64,000 nucleotides of DNA from Cyanophyceae cyanobacterium (GCA_038321985.1 JBBQFN010000018.1:46151-110150), one strand, 5' to 3'; numbered from the stretch's first letter, positions 50,382-62,310 are shown. Notes: generated by a model from the sequence alone, not told the origin. Made by a program: numbers and translations.

Positions 50382-51137
50382 TTATTCTTCATATTCCTCG
50401 GTACTTCCCAAATAAACTTGAATCACTTTAGGGTTAGTTTGTACCTCTTCAATACTCCCTTCGCAGAGTACCGAACCCTCATGCAATACTGTAACTTTAC
50501 GGGCAATTTGCCGCACGAATTCCATATCATGTTCAATCACAATAATCGAATGGCTTTGAGCTAAAGAGACGAGCAATTCTCCCGTAAGTGCAGTTTCTTC
50601 ATCGGTTAAACCAGCCACAGGTTCATCAACCAGCAATAAATCGGGAGATTGGGCCAATAACATCCCAATTTCTAGCCATTGCTTTTCCCCGTGGGAGAGT
50701 AATCCCGAGGGAATGTCGGCTTTGGCGACTAAGCCGATGGTTTCCAGTAAGGTTTTTACGGTATTATGTTCCGATGCCGGGGTTGGTTTCAATAAAGTTT
50801 GAAATACATTTTTATTCCGGTTACAGGAGATTTCTAAATTTTCGCGAGGGGTAAGGTTGAGATAAACCCGTGGAGTTTGAAATTTTCGACCAATGCCAAA
50901 CCGAGCGATTCGATCTTCAGAATATTTTTGGAGATTTCGCCCTTTAAAGAAAACTTTCCCTCGGGTAGGTTTAACTTTTCCGGTAATCACATCTAAAAAG
51001 GTGGTTTTTCCGGCACCATTGGGACCAATAATTACTCGTAATTCTCCCGTATCCATCGTGAAGGTTAAGTTATTGAGGGCATTAAATCCATCAAAACTAA
51101 CGGTTAAGTTCTCAATTTCTAAGATGTTTTTGTTCAC
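50382..51137 (-). CDS. urtD: Urea ABC transporter ATPase UrtD
   Basis: GPNGAGKT, GRKFQTP and LSHGEKQWLEIGM motifs. Confidence 0.95.
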   Translation of the reverse strand: MNKNILEIENLTVSFDGFNALNNLTFTMDTGELRVIIGPNGAGKTTFLDVITGKVKPTRGKVFFKGRNLQKYSEDRIARFGIGRKFQTPRVYLNLTPRENLEISCNRNKNVFQTLLKPTPASEHNTVKTLLETIGLVAKADIPSGLLSHGEKQWLEIGMLLAQSPDLLLVDEPVAGLTDEETALTGELLVSLAQSHSIIVIEHDMEFVRQIARKVTVLHEGSVLCEGSIEEVQTNPKVIQVYLGSTEEYEE

Positions 51138-51204
51138 CGACTCTCTCTCATTGATACTTGATTACTGCAATTTTCCCCGAGTCAATCGGTCTGAACTGAA
51201 TCGG

Positions 51205-52452
51205 TTAAGGTTCCAGGGTTTCACGCTCTAGTTGAATTTCTGGGTCTTCTGCTAACTTGGGATAAGTAATCACATAACGGGGACGTCCTGTAAGGGTGCG
51301 AAAGAAATTACCCGATTCTGTCCGTAACCAGCCGATTATGCCATTGGGAAGAACTAAGACGACGATGAGGAAGAGTGCTCCTTGAAAAAATAGCCAAATT
51401 TCTGGAAACTGTTCGCTTAAAAAGCTCTTTCCATAGTTGACTAAGACGGCTCCGAGGATAGCTCCAATTAAGGTTGCTCGGCCTCCAACGGCCACCCAAA
51501 TGACCATTTCAATGGAAAAGGCAATATCCATCGCTCTGGGGGAAATTATGCCAGATCTGAGGGTAAAAAGTGCGCCCCCGAGTCCAGCTAAGGCGGCAGA
51601 AATGGCAAAGACTAAGACTTTATATCCCGTAGGATTGTAACCAGAAAAACGGACCCGGCTTTCATCATCACGAATAGCAATGAGTAAGCGTCCGAAGCGT
51701 CCCGAGGTTAACCATCGACAGAGTAGATAAGAAGCAGCTAGCAGAATTACGGTGAGGACATACAATCCATATTGGGTAGTTTGGTCAGAGAGTGGTAAAC
51801 CTAAAAGAGTTTGAAAATCCGTGAGTCCGTTGGTGCCGTTGAAGAGTTTTTGCTGTCCGTTAAAAAAGTTGAAAAAGACGATAGTGGCAGCTTGGGTGAG
51901 AATGGAAAAATATACCCCTCGGATGCGGTTCCGGAAGACGAGATAACCAAGAAATGCTGCGAGTATGCCAGGAATTAGGATGATGGCGATCGCCGTGAAG
52001 GGAAAGGATGAAAAGGGACTCCAAAACCCCGGCAGTTCTGTCACCCCATAGAGACTCATAAATTCCGGGAGTTGACTGCTGGCACTTGGGGGAATTTGCA
52101 ATTTTAAATGCATGGCGATCGCATATCCGCCTAAGGCAAAAAATATCCCATGTCCCAAACTCAAAAGTCCCGTATAACCCCATATCAAATCGATACCTAG
52201 AGCCACAATTGCCAATGCTAAATAGCGATGCAATAAATCCAGTCGAAAATCTGATAATACCAGGGGGAAAATGGCAATTAATATGAGAACAACTGCTCCA
52301 ATTGCCGATAACTCAAATAATCGCGGTTTCTGTTTGGCAACCCGAGAAATTTCTCTGTTTAACTTGATAAATCGGTTAAAAAAGCTGACCCCTTCTGACA
52401 TTTCGTTATTTTTTTTGCCTTCCCATTCATCGGGGAATTTATTTTTTTTCAT
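51205..52452 (-). CDS. urtC: Urea ABC transporter permease UrtC
   Basis: DLIWGYTGLLSLGH, GVYFSILTQA and SIEMVIWVAVGGR motifs. Confidence 0.95.
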   Translation of the reverse strand: MKKNKFPDEWEGKKNNEMSEGVSFFNRFIKLNREISRVAKQKPRLFELSAIGAVVLILIAIFPLVLSDFRLDLLHRYLALAIVALGIDLIWGYTGLLSLGHGIFFALGGYAIAMHLKLQIPPSASSQLPEFMSLYGVTELPGFWSPFSSFPFTAIAIILIPGILAAFLGYLVFRNRIRGVYFSILTQAATIVFFNFFNGQQKLFNGTNGLTDFQTLLGLPLSDQTTQYGLYVLTVILLAASYLLCRWLTSGRFGRLLIAIRDDESRVRFSGYNPTGYKVLVFAISAALAGLGGALFTLRSGIISPRAMDIAFSIEMVIWVAVGGRATLIGAILGAVLVNYGKSFLSEQFPEIWLFFQGALFLIVVLVLPNGIIGWLRTESGNFFRTLTGRPRYVITYPKLAEDPEIQLERETLEP

Positions 52453-52520
52453 GTCTCTCCTTTATTCACGAGTAATGACTAAATATTGTCCGCTTTTTCC
52501 TCCTTCACTGAGCAGGTATT

Positions 52521-53678
52521 CTAGGCATCAACTGTGCGTCCCTTTTGAGGAAATAACCCTGCCGGACGTAGTTGTAAAAACAGAATAATTAACACAAACA
52601 CCATCACCCTTGCCATACTCGTTGTGGCAAAAAATGTTAGAAAATTAAATAAAGGGTTTTCAGGAGAAACCATTGCAATGAGAATTCCGGAGCCAATGAT
52701 ATAGTTTACTAATCCAATGGCTAAGGCAGCAAAAACCGTCCCAATAATTTTGCCGACACCCCCGACAACCACCACCATAAACGCATCTACAATATAGTTT
52801 TGGCCGGTATTGGGTCCCACGGAACCGAGCAAACTAATGGCGCAACCCGCAATTCCAGCCAATCCGGAACCGATCGCAAAGGTTAACGCATCCACTTTTT
52901 GGGTGGGAATTCCGAGGCAAGCACTCATGCTGCGATTTTGGGTAACTGCGCGAATTCGCAATCCCCAGGGCGATCGCAACAAAAACAGGTAAATTCCTAC
53001 CACACAAATCACCGTTAGGGCAATAATAAATAACCGCACATAAGGCAACTGGAACGTGCCAATCCGTAACCCCCCGCGCAACCAACCCGGTGCCGTGACA
53101 TCCACCCCTTGTGCTCCAAACCAGGGCTGAGTGAGCGTTAATCCAGCAGATTTGCCTAAAATTGTACCTAGTGCCACGGTAATTCCAGCGGAAATGGGCA
53201 GCAACGCGGCGATCGCCCAGTGACGAATCCGCTCAAAATCTGGACGCCGCTTGACCCCCCACAATCCCCCAAAAAATAGCAGACAAAACACCAGAATTTG
53301 AAGACACATCAGCCAACTGATACTGCGGACTAATTGTTGCAAAATTAGACTCACCCCCCAGGTAGCCAGTAGGGTTTCTAAAGGCCGTCCATACAGATAG
53401 CGAATCACCCCGCGTTCTAAGAGAATTCCCGCTGCTCCTGCCACCACAAATGCCAGAGGGAGGGCGACAATAATATATAACCCAAACCAGGGTTCTCCAA
53501 ACCCTCTAAATACATTTTGAACAACAAATGTTGTGTAGGCTCCCAGCATCATCAATTCACCGTGAGCGAGATTAATCACGCCCATAATTCCAAAGACAAT
53601 TGCTAATCCCAATGCGGCGATTAATAGAACCGAACCGATGCTGAGGCCATTAAATAAACTCTCTAAAAATAGGGTCAT
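52521..53678 (-). CDS. urtB: Urea ABC transporter permease UrtB
   Basis: GVINLAHGE, RPLETLLATWG and GQNYIVDAFMVVV motifs. Confidence 0.95.
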   Translation of the reverse strand: MTLFLESLFNGLSIGSVLLIAALGLAIVFGIMGVINLAHGELMMLGAYTTFVVQNVFRGFGEPWFGLYIIVALPLAFVVAGAAGILLERGVIRYLYGRPLETLLATWGVSLILQQLVRSISWLMCLQILVFCLLFFGGLWGVKRRPDFERIRHWAIAALLPISAGITVALGTILGKSAGLTLTQPWFGAQGVDVTAPGWLRGGLRIGTFQLPYVRLFIIALTVICVVGIYLFLLRSPWGLRIRAVTQNRSMSACLGIPTQKVDALTFAIGSGLAGIAGCAISLLGSVGPNTGQNYIVDAFMVVVVGGVGKIIGTVFAALAIGLVNYIIGSGILIAMVSPENPLFNFLTFFATTSMARVMVFVLIILFLQLRPAGLFPQKGRTVDA

Positions 53679-53745
53679 TTATTTTACTTTAACCGACTTT
53701 ATGAATGACGTAAGTTCTAGATAAAAGCTAGAGGGATTGAGAGCT

Positions 53746-53857
53746 TATAGCGGTTCTCCCCATTATGAGGTACATTTTTAGGAAGTACGTTAGCACAAGC
53801 TGCGCCAATGCACTCCTAAATAACTATATGTACCGCCTGAGTCCGAGAAACGCTATA
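53746..53857. mobile_element. MITE-like element with terminal inverted repeats
   Basis: tatagcggttctc...atgaggtac / gtaccgcctgagtccgagaaacgctata, located between urtA and urtB. Confidence 0.65.
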
Positions 53858-53933
53858 AATGGCTTAAGTAAGGCTTAATTTTTCCACTTAAACTCTCAAT
53901 TCTCAAATTGACGATTTGAAATCCTAAAATTTC

Positions 53934-55232
53934 TTACATCATGTACTTCCCACCTTTAGACGGATCCTCCCAGTTGCAGCCATAACCTTTGGTATCTGCA
54001 ACATATTGATTCCAAGGAATCGGATCAACTGGAGCATCGGTGGCAAAGACAATTTTAAACATCCCATCCTCGCCAATTTCGCCGATGCGGACTGTTTTTG
54101 CGAGATGATGGTTGCTTTGCAATGTGACGGGACCGCCGGGGGCTTGAAAATTTTGTCCTACGGCTGCTTTGCGGACTGCCTCAATATCATCAGCACTTCC
54201 CGCTTTTTCAACAGCTTGTTTCCACAAATAAACCATGATGTAAGCAGCTTCCATTGGGTCATTAGTAACCCGATTTTGACCGTATTTAGATTTAAATGCC
54301 TGAACAAATTTTTGGTTTTCGGGGGAATTTACGGATTGGAAATAATTCCAGGCCGCATAATGGCCTTTGAGATATTCCGTCCCGATCGCCCGCACTTCTT
54401 CTTCGGCAATACTCACAGACATGGTGGGATATTTATCCGGAGTCAATCCCGCCCCTTGCATCTGTTTGAAAAAGGCAACGTTGCTATCCCCGTTAAGGGT
54501 ATTAAAAATTACGCCACCGTCGGGTAAAGCTGCCTTAATCTTGGTAATAATTGCTGTAACTTCTGTGCCGCCGAGGGGGATATAATCTTCTCCAACAGTT
54601 TGCCCCCCTTTGGCTTCGAGTTGGGCCTTAATAATGGTATTAGCGGTGCGCGGAAACACATAATCCGAACCGACAAGAAAGAATTGCTGGCCTTTATTTT
54701 CTAACAACCAATCAACTGCGGGTTCGATTTGTTGATTGGGAGCCGCACCTGTATAAAAAATGTTCCGAGAACATTCTTGGCCTTCATACTGGACGGGATA
54801 CCATAACATATGACTTTTGGATTCAAAGACTGGCAAAACAGCCTTGCGCGAGGCGGATGTCCAGCAGCCGAAAACGGTGGCAACTTTATCGCGATCGATG
54901 AGTTTTCGGGCTTTTTCAGCAAAAGTAGGCCAGTCTGATGCGCCGTCTTCAACGATCGCCTCTATTTTTTGGCCGAGTACGCCTCCAGCGTTGTTAATTT
55001 CCTCGATCGCCAACTGTTCTGCATCAACGACACTTTGTTCGCTAATCGCCATGGTACCACTCAGGGAATGGAGGATTCCCACCTTAATCGTATCTACGCC
55101 CCCACCTGTCTGCGGAGTGGCTGCATCCGTTTCCTCTACGTTTGCCTCTGTACAAGCTTTAAGCAAAATGCTGCTTCCCAGGGCAGCGGTACCATAAATC
55201 AGAAATTTACGCCGTCCAAGTCGATGTGTCAT
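53934..55232 (-). CDS. urtA: Urea ABC transporter substrate-binding protein UrtA
   Basis: Twin-Arg/lipoprotein-like N-terminus, [19 protein letters not shown] and YPVQYEG. Confidence 0.97.
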   Translation of the reverse strand: MTHRLGRRKFLIYGTAALGSSILLKACTEANVEETDAATPQTGGGVDTIKVGILHSLSGTMAISEQSVVDAEQLAIEEINNAGGVLGQKIEAIVEDGASDWPTFAEKARKLIDRDKVATVFGCWTSASRKAVLPVFESKSHMLWYPVQYEGQECSRNIFYTGAAPNQQIEPAVDWLLENKGQQFFLVGSDYVFPRTANTIIKAQLEAKGGQTVGEDYIPLGGTEVTAIITKIKAALPDGGVIFNTLNGDSNVAFFKQMQGAGLTPDKYPTMSVSIAEEEVRAIGTEYLKGHYAAWNYFQSVNSPENQKFVQAFKSKYGQNRVTNDPMEAAYIMVYLWKQAVEKAGSADDIEAVRKAAVGQNFQAPGGPVTLQSNHHLAKTVRIGEIGEDGMFKIVFATDAPVDPIPWNQYVADTKGYGCNWEDPSKGGKYMM

Positions 55233-55309
55233 ACTATTTTTGGACTCCTACCGAATTCACGCGCTGCTAGAGAGCTTTGATATTAAAGCGATGTTTTCGG
55301 CAAAGAATT

Positions 55310-55323
55310 GTATTTCTGGATAC
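55310..55323 (-). promoter_or_regulatory. NtcA binding site upstream of urtA
   Basis: GTA-TTTCTGGA-TAC. On the minus strand, TTTAAT/TAATAT follows 22-24 nt downstream. Confidence 0.7.
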
Positions 55324-55565
55324 CAAAATTTTAGATAAATTCCCGGGTCAGACCTCTAATATCTAGTCTGAGCCAATTTGTGACACTGTTGCGATTTTTA
55401 ACAATTACTAAAGAGGGGTTGGCCGTAGCTTTACGCTTCGTAACATAGGGGGAAGCCCCAAGTTAAGATAGGCATTCGTACAGGGGGGCGATCGCGATTC
55501 AGTCCATTTCTCACTCTGAACTGGCTATCAAAATTGCTCCGTTGCCCCACCGAAACCCCGATTCT

Positions 55566-56162
55566 TCAAACCAGATTAGCAGAAATAAATTCAATTACCG
55601 TTTCTAGTCCTTCTTTCGTCTTCAAATTGGTAAAAGTAAAGGGGCGACTGCCGCGCATTTTATGAGTATCCCGTTCCATTACTCCTAAATCTGCCCCCAC
55701 GAAAGGGGCCAAATCAATTTTATTAATCACTAACAAATCCGATTTCGTAATCCCTGGCCCTCCTTTGCGCGGAATTTTATCCCCAGCCGCTACATCAATG
55801 ACATAGATAGTGAGATCGACTAATTCCGGGCTAAAGGTCGCCGCTAAATTATCGCCGCCACTTTCTACGAATACTAGGTCTAGGGTTGAAAAACGCCGTT
55901 CCAATTGGGCGATCGCGGCTAAATTTAACGAGGCATCTTCTCTAATTGCAGTATGAGGACAGCCGCCGGTTTCTACTCCCATAATCCGCTCACTTTCTAG
56001 GGCCTGAGACCTCACCAAAAATTGAGCATCTTCTTGGGTATAAATATCATTAGTTACCACGGCCAAGTTATAGCGATCGCGCATCGCTTTACATAAGGCA
56101 TCGACTAAGGCTGTTTTTCCTGAACCAACTGGACCCGCAATTCCAACCCGAAATGAACTCAT
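55566..56162 (-). CDS. ureG: Urease accessory GTPase UreG
   Basis: [22 protein letters not shown] and NKID motifs. Confidence 0.98.
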   Translation of the reverse strand: MSSFRVGIAGPVGSGKTALVDALCKAMRDRYNLAVVTNDIYTQEDAQFLVRSQALESERIMGVETGGCPHTAIREDASLNLAAIAQLERRFSTLDLVFVESGGDNLAATFSPELVDLTIYVIDVAAGDKIPRKGGPGITKSDLLVINKIDLAPFVGADLGVMERDTHKMRGSRPFTFTNLKTKEGLETVIEFISANLV

Positions 56163-56477
56163 AATGATATTAGGATGTAGAGATTAAAATTAAAATTTTA
56201 GCCCGTCGTCATTTTCTATCTTTAATCCTGAAAATGAGAGCCGATTCTTCCCCTATTTTAAAGAAGTGCCTCATCCCTGGAGATTTGCTGGTCTCTAAAA
56301 TTATTGTACAAAGAGGTCCACTTATTTCAAAACCATCATTTTTTTATATTTTTATACAACTTAGGCCCTGTATAGAAAGGAGAAAGCGGGTTTTGAGAGC
56401 AGGCGATCGCCTATTCCACCCCAGGGATAACACCCTTATCTTGAATAAAGCGATCGCCTCCGAACTAACCCCTTTGA

Positions 56478-56936
56478 TTAAAAAGCGTAAATTCGGCCTT
56501 TTTCATCGGTATAAAACCCCCGATCAATTCGTTCCCCCGGAGTCGCACGGCGGACCATAATCATCACATCATTGCCCATTGAAGTAATATCAAAATGTAA
56601 CTGAACCTCACTAGACTCCGTGGGTGCATTGATAAAAACGTTCAGATTGCGATCTTGATCGGTCTCAGAAGTGGAATTAATCAGAAAATTACCTAACCCG
56701 ATCCGTCCTCCTGAGGTTATTTGTCGAAATCCCCCATCTTGAAGGCTATATTCAAGCTCAATTCCCGTATTATTTAACAGGGTGATATTCACCGGGCGGT
56801 TGACATTAACATCAGTTTCAGGTTGCCAAAATCCCGGTTCTCGTCCGCCACTTTCACTGGGCTGAGAAAACCCGAGGCTTGGATTCAGTAACAATGTGGC
56901 TACGATAGTGGCGGTTACAACGATTAGGCGCTTCAT
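56478..56936 (-). CDS. Hypothetical secreted protein
   Basis: N-terminal signal peptide (MKRLIVV...) followed by a beta-rich body. Confidence 0.65.
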   Translation of the reverse strand: MKRLIVVTATIVATLLLNPSLGFSQPSESGGREPGFWQPETDVNVNRPVNITLLNNTGIELEYSLQDGGFRQITSGGRIGLGNFLINSTSETDQDRNLNVFINAPTESSEVQLHFDITSMGNDVMIMVRRATPGERIDRGFYTDEKGRIYAF

Positions 56937-57315
56937 AATGTTTTTCTGTCGGTGTTTACAAACAGTAGAATGAGTTAGTTAGGATAGAATTCGCAGAAGG
57001 TTATGCTTCCGCGTATGATTACTATACTCCTCTTTTTACCCCTTGTCATTAGGCAGCCTGACAAAGTTAGCGTTTATTTATTTAAGGCTTTAAGTCTGTG
57101 ATAAATCTTATCAAATAGGACTTGACAAAATCATTAAAATTTGCATAGATTGAATTTTCTATAAATCTAGTGGTTCCCCGTTATTATATACATTTTGAGG
57201 GAATGCGGTAAGGGTAGCTATGCCGTAGGCTTTGGATCGAGCTTCTCTATTGTTCTAGCGAACAATATGCTCGCCCTCCTAATAGATATTTGTGCCGCCC
57301 CAGTCGGAACAAGTT

Positions 57316-57357
57316 ATAAAAGAGGAGGTTAGGCCCAAGCCCAACCTCCTCTTTTAT
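57316..57357. terminator. Bidirectional intrinsic terminator
   Basis: ataaaagaggaggtt...aacctcctcttttat. Confidence 0.7.
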
Positions 57358-57418
57358 TCATGAATTTAGCAGTTTACAAGAGGGAATCAGCCTCCCTTTG
57401 AATTCTGAAAACCGCACC

Positions 57419-59521
57419 TTATTTCCAATCTCCCCAAGTATTGTTAAAGATTGAAGTATTGGGGAAGGCAATAGGATTACCGCTATCAACCAGACGATTT
57501 TGTAACAATTGTAACTCTGGCTCCCGCTGAGGTAAATTATCAACCAATTGATAGGGAAGAATTCCTTTTTCTAGGGAAAAATTCGCCGTGACTCCCGCAG
57601 CAACCCCAGCGGACCATTCAAAAGAATGCACCCGATAGGCAGCGGCAGCAATATGACTGGTGGCGATGCTTTTACCGGCAATTAACAGGTTATCAATCTT
57701 TTGGGGGATCAAAGCCCGCAGGGGAATTTGGAAGGGATAAGCTGTACCGGCACCCCGGCGTTCTCCCTCCATTTCGGTGTTACCCGGTGCTTCCGGTGGC
57801 GAGAGGGTCATGCAAGGATGAAAGTCGATCGCATAGTGGGCAATTCCCACAGAATCCGGGAAAATTCTAGAGCGCGATCGCGAGGGTTGTTCCTCTAAAT
57901 TCGGCTTTTGGGCGATCGTCTCTAAAGTTTGTAAACCTGAGAGAGATTCCCACAACCGGCGATATTCCTCCGGTAACAAATTTAGGCGATAAAACTCCTG
58001 AGAATAATCCGCCCGAGAAATATCAGTTTCCCACACCATAAACCCATTGGGATGACCCCAACCGGGCCGCCCAATAATCCGTCGCCCTTCCCGAATATAG
58101 GGATATTTTGACAACCCGTTCCCCGTCCCCATTGGGGAATCGAGTCCAGAAAGATAGCGATGATTAGGGTTTTGTTGTTTAACTCCATCCCCTAACTGGG
58201 AATCCGTCGTTCCTTGGACCAACCAATAGAAAAAGCCTTGGGCGTGTTCTTCTCCTGCTTGAAGGGTTTCGGTTCTTAACCCTCCCATCCAACCCCCGGG
58301 TTCCAGTTGTCCCATGGATTGCAACTGCTGCTGAGTATAAATTAAATTATCCTGAGCCGTTCCCGGACGATAATCGTTCCCCCAGGTCCAGTTTTGCATC
58401 GAGATATCCCCGGGATTAATGGGATATTCGCGGGGGTTGGAAGGGAGAGTTTTCTGATAGTTTTCGCTCCAAATCCGGCGATAAGTATAAACTAAATTAA
58501 AGTTCGCCAATCGTTCCAGTTCATAACTGTAATAAGGAGCGTAACGGTCGTAAAAATCCGGTTTGACGTGCTGTTGAGCTTCTTTTGTCGCCTGCATCGC
58601 GAAGGTGTAGGTAAACCCTTGGGTGCAGTAAGGATTGCCTGTAGCACTGGAAGAGGAGGGTTCAAACTGCGAGCGCCCATCAACTCCAAGGCGGTGTGGC
58701 AGATCCGCTAACCCAATGAGTTCGCCAGTTTCCGTGGCATCAATGACATACCATTGTGCGGGTTGTGCTACTGAGGTGGCATTCCGGGAATTGCGATCGC
58801 GCGGCATTGGCACAAAGCGCACAATAGTTTTATGAAACCGGGCTGAATTTTCGTAGAGATAGGCATCTTCCAGAATTTGCGAGAGGGGTTCCGCATTCAC
58901 CGGAGGCTGACCTGGGGCCGGTTTGATTTGAATCGCGACTGCACTTTGAATTTGTTCACCACTGGAGGTCCCTGGGGAAATGTCCAGCTCTTTAATCACG
59001 GTGTTGGGATACCATTTAAGAGTGCCTTTCCCTCGTTTGGCGGCTCTTTCCAATTGGTCAAAAAGGAGTTTATGGCCGTCATACGGCATAAAGCAGGATT
59101 CACTCACCCAACATTGGCCGGGGTTGAGGCGTCCGTACTTGCGCCGGATACTCTCGCGAAATTCCAAGTATCCTCGGGGATAAAATAACTGTTGTCGTTG
59201 GGTGGGTCGTTCATCAAGGGCCGATGTACCTTGAGACGAAATTTGACCCCCCACCCAGTCGGTAACGTCCGTAATGCAAACCGTACGACCGGCCAAGAGG
59301 GACTCGTAGGCGCTAGCTGCACCCGCCAATCCACCCCCGGCGACTAAAATTTCACAGGCAACTTCTTGATCGGGGGGTCGAGGGGGGGTGGCATCAGCTA
59401 CGGAAGCGGCTAATGCCAGGGTGATTAAACTAACCAAGAAACTGAAAAAGGACTTACCTGGGGAGATGCTCCGCAATAGGTACTGTGGCAAAAGCTGCGA
59501 TTGACGCTGCATAGGTATCAA
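57419..59521 (-). CDS. FAD-dependent oxidoreductase, probably exported
   Basis: Hydrophobic N-terminal segment, GGGLAG, IDATETGEL, YIREGRR and FQIPLRALIP. Confidence 0.85.
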   Translation of the reverse strand: MIPMQRQSQLLPQYLLRSISPGKSFFSFLVSLITLALAASVADATPPRPPDQEVACEILVAGGGLAGAASAYESLLAGRTVCITDVTDWVGGQISSQGTSALDERPTQRQQLFYPRGYLEFRESIRRKYGRLNPGQCWVSESCFMPYDGHKLLFDQLERAAKRGKGTLKWYPNTVIKELDISPGTSSGEQIQSAVAIQIKPAPGQPPVNAEPLSQILEDAYLYENSARFHKTIVRFVPMPRDRNSRNATSVAQPAQWYVIDATETGELIGLADLPHRLGVDGRSQFEPSSSSATGNPYCTQGFTYTFAMQATKEAQQHVKPDFYDRYAPYYSYELERLANFNLVYTYRRIWSENYQKTLPSNPREYPINPGDISMQNWTWGNDYRPGTAQDNLIYTQQQLQSMGQLEPGGWMGGLRTETLQAGEEHAQGFFYWLVQGTTDSQLGDGVKQQNPNHRYLSGLDSPMGTGNGLSKYPYIREGRRIIGRPGWGHPNGFMVWETDISRADYSQEFYRLNLLPEEYRRLWESLSGLQTLETIAQKPNLEEQPSRSRSRIFPDSVGIAHYAIDFHPCMTLSPPEAPGNTEMEGERRGAGTAYPFQIPLRALIPQKIDNLLIAGKSIATSHIAAAAYRVHSFEWSAGVAAGVTANFSLEKGILPYQLVDNLPQREPELQLLQNRLVDSGNPIAFPNTSIFNNTWGDWK

Positions 59522-59742
59522 ATTGGGTAAGCTGGTAAACGGTTACTTTGGGAATCGGGGATCCGTAGTATCCGTAACAGATGCTACTTTTTCCTCCTTG
59601 TTCATGTTAGCTATACGGAGGTTCATTGAGGGGTTCAGGCTACAAATTCTGGAAATCGCCCGACTTTATTCCGTAGAAATTCGGGGGATTGAAGAACTTT
59701 AAATCAATTAAACCCGTGGAAAAATTAGGAAATTATTAACCG

Positions 59743-62310
59743 ATGCACGTAACTTCATCTAATTTACCGATGAAATCGTTTGAGACTCCAGGATTTGACC
59801 TGCTGCACCCACTGTCGAGCCATCCCCCGGGGGAGAGCAAAGCCCTTTTGCAAAGTATCATCAATAATATTCCCGGCGCAATTTACCGCTGCGCCTACGA
59901 TACCCACTGGAAAATCTCCTTCATTAGCAAAGGAATTGAAAGAATTTCTGGGTATCCGGTTTCCCACTTTCTCTATCATCCCATTTCTAGATTTAAAAAT
60001 ATTGTCCATCCCGAGGACCGGGCCACCGCACAAAAATCGGTGGAAGATGCGCTATCTTCGCAACAACCTTATACGTTAGAATACCGGATTATCCGAGCCG
60101 ATGGGACGATCGCCTGGGTGCGCGAAATCGGTCAAGGAGTCTGCGATCGCCAGGGGAATCTCTGGGGATTGGATGGAACAATCTCTCCTTCCGGGGAAGT
60201 TCATTCGGGCAATATTAGCCATAAAGACCCAGTATTAAAACCAGCAATTGCGCCCAAGCTGACTATTTTAAAACAGATTAATGAAGGATTTTTAAATCTA
60301 GACCGCCAAGGACGAGTTATTTATATTAACCCCCAAGGGGAAAAACTACTGCAAACGAGCAACCAGGCGTTTTATGAAAACGGGTTAACTGCCGAAATGC
60401 CTCCGGAATTGCATCAGTTTTTTAGTGATTTGAATAGCGCGCTATCTCCGGAAAGAAATCAGCCCCTAGAAGCGTGCTATCCCTATAAAGAGACCTGGTT
60501 AGAGGTCCGAGTTCATCCTTATGACTCCGGGATATTAGTTTTTTTAAATGATATTACCTCCCGTAAACAGATTTTAAACTCCTTACGGCAGCGGGAAACG
60601 CTATATCGGACATCATTTGTTACAAACTTTCCCAATGGCGTCATCTTTTTATTTGACCACGATTTGCGCCATACCCTCGCCGAAGGGCAGGATTTAGAGG
60701 CTATTAATTTAGCGACAACCGAAGTGGAAGGTAAAACCCTCACCGAGGCATTTCCTCCAGAAATTTCTCAAACCCTGGAACCCTTGTATCGAGAGGTACT
60801 AACCGGGGAAACTCGGGTAACCGAACTCACCTTTGGCAGTCGCATTTATTTTACTCAAATTCTTCCCATCAAAAATGAGTCAGGAGAGGTTTTGGCGGGA
60901 ATGGTGATGACTCAAAATATGACCGAACGTAAACTCGCGGAAGCCGAAAATGCTCGATTAATTGCGTCTTTACAAAAAAGTGAAGCAAAAACCCGAGCCA
61001 TGGCGTCTTTACTATCAGAAGCCGAGAAATTAGCTCATGTGGGATGTTGGGAATTTGAGATAGACATGAATCGAATTATTTGTTCCGATGAAGTTTATCG
61101 AATGTTGGGATTACCTCAGAGTGGAGAGTCTCTCACCTATCCGGAATACTTGCAAAAAATTCATCCGGCAGACCGGGAGACTGCCGCACAAGTTATTGAG
61201 CGGGCAATTCACGAGGGAGAATCCTATCAATTAGAACAGCGAATTTTACAATCTGACGGCTCAATTCGTTATCTTTCCGCCAATGGAGAACCTATTTTTG
61301 ATGAAGCTGGCAAAGTCGTCAAGGTGCTGGGAAGTCTGTTAGATATTACCGATCGCCACTTAGCACAGCAAGCCTTAATCCAGTCGGAGGCCCAGTTAGA
61401 ATTGCGGGCAAATGAGTTAGAAAAAACTCTGTATGAACTGCAACGCACTCAAACCCAATTAATACAAACTGAGCGAATGTCAGGCTTAGGGCAAATGGTG
61501 GCGGGAATTGCCCATGAAGTGAACAATCCCGTTGGGTTTATTTATGGAAATATTGTCCATGCGACTTCTTATATTGAAGATTTGATTAATTTACTTAATC
61601 TGTATCAAACCTATTACCCGGAACCGGAAGCAGAAATTTTAGAAGAAATTGAAGAAATTGATTTAGAATTTCTATTTGAAGACCTGCCCCGATTGTTGCA
61701 ATCTATGAAGGTAGGAGCAGAAAGAATTCGAGAAATCGTGCGATCGCTTCGTAATTTTTCCCGGTTAGATGAAGCGGACAATAAACAGGTCAATATTCAT
61801 GAAGGGATTGATAGCACCCTGCTCATTTTACAGCACCATCTCTGGGACGAGGGCCAGGATAACAACACAAATCAGGGCATTACGGTGATCAAAGAGTATG
61901 GAGATTTACCCCCCGTCGATTGCTACCCCAGTGAACTCAATCAAGTTTTTTTAAATATAATTAGCAATGCGATCGACGTTCTCAAACCCCAGAAACTACC
62001 GCGCCAAATTATCATTCGGACTGAAGCGGTAATCCAGGAGGAGTCCGCCTCGGAAAAATCCAGTCCTGAATCGATTATCATCCGCATTATCGATAATGGT
62101 CCAGGGATAACAGCGGAGGTTCAGCAACGTATGTTTGACCCATTTTTCACCACAAAACCTGTGGGAATGGGGACGGGTTTGGGATTATCGATTAGCTATC
62201 AAATTATTGTGGAACAACATAAGGGCAAGTTAACTTGTTGCTCTGAACCTGGAAAAGGGGCAGAGTTAATCATTCAGTTGCCTGTGCATCAGGACTATAG
62301 CATTTTCTAG
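59743..62310 (+). CDS. Multi-PAS sensor histidine kinase
   Basis: About four PAS domains, AGIAHEVNNP, DNGPGI, FDPFFTTK and GTGLGL. Confidence 0.92.
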   Translation: MHVTSSNLPMKSFETPGFDLLHPLSSHPPGESKALLQSIINNIPGAIYRCAYDTHWKISFISKGIERISGYPVSHFLYHPISRFKNIVHPEDRATAQKSVEDALSSQQPYTLEYRIIRADGTIAWVREIGQGVCDRQGNLWGLDGTISPSGEVHSGNISHKDPVLKPAIAPKLTILKQINEGFLNLDRQGRVIYINPQGEKLLQTSNQAFYENGLTAEMPPELHQFFSDLNSALSPERNQPLEACYPYKETWLEVRVHPYDSGILVFLNDITSRKQILNSLRQRETLYRTSFVTNFPNGVIFLFDHDLRHTLAEGQDLEAINLATTEVEGKTLTEAFPPEISQTLEPLYREVLTGETRVTELTFGSRIYFTQILPIKNESGEVLAGMVMTQNMTERKLAEAENARLIASLQKSEAKTRAMASLLSEAEKLAHVGCWEFEIDMNRIICSDEVYRMLGLPQSGESLTYPEYLQKIHPADRETAAQVIERAIHEGESYQLEQRILQSDGSIRYLSANGEPIFDEAGKVVKVLGSLLDITDRHLAQQALIQSEAQLELRANELEKTLYELQRTQTQLIQTERMSGLGQMVAGIAHEVNNPVGFIYGNIVHATSYIEDLINLLNLYQTYYPEPEAEILEEIEEIDLEFLFEDLPRLLQSMKVGAERIREIVRSLRNFSRLDEADNKQVNIHEGIDSTLLILQHHLWDEGQDNNTNQGITVIKEYGDLPPVDCYPSELNQVFLNIISNAIDVLKPQKLPRQIIIRTEAVIQEESASEKSSPESIIIRIIDNGPGITAEVQQRMFDPFFTTKPVGMGTGLGLSISYQIIVEQHKGKLTCCSEPGKGAELIIQLPVHQDYSIF

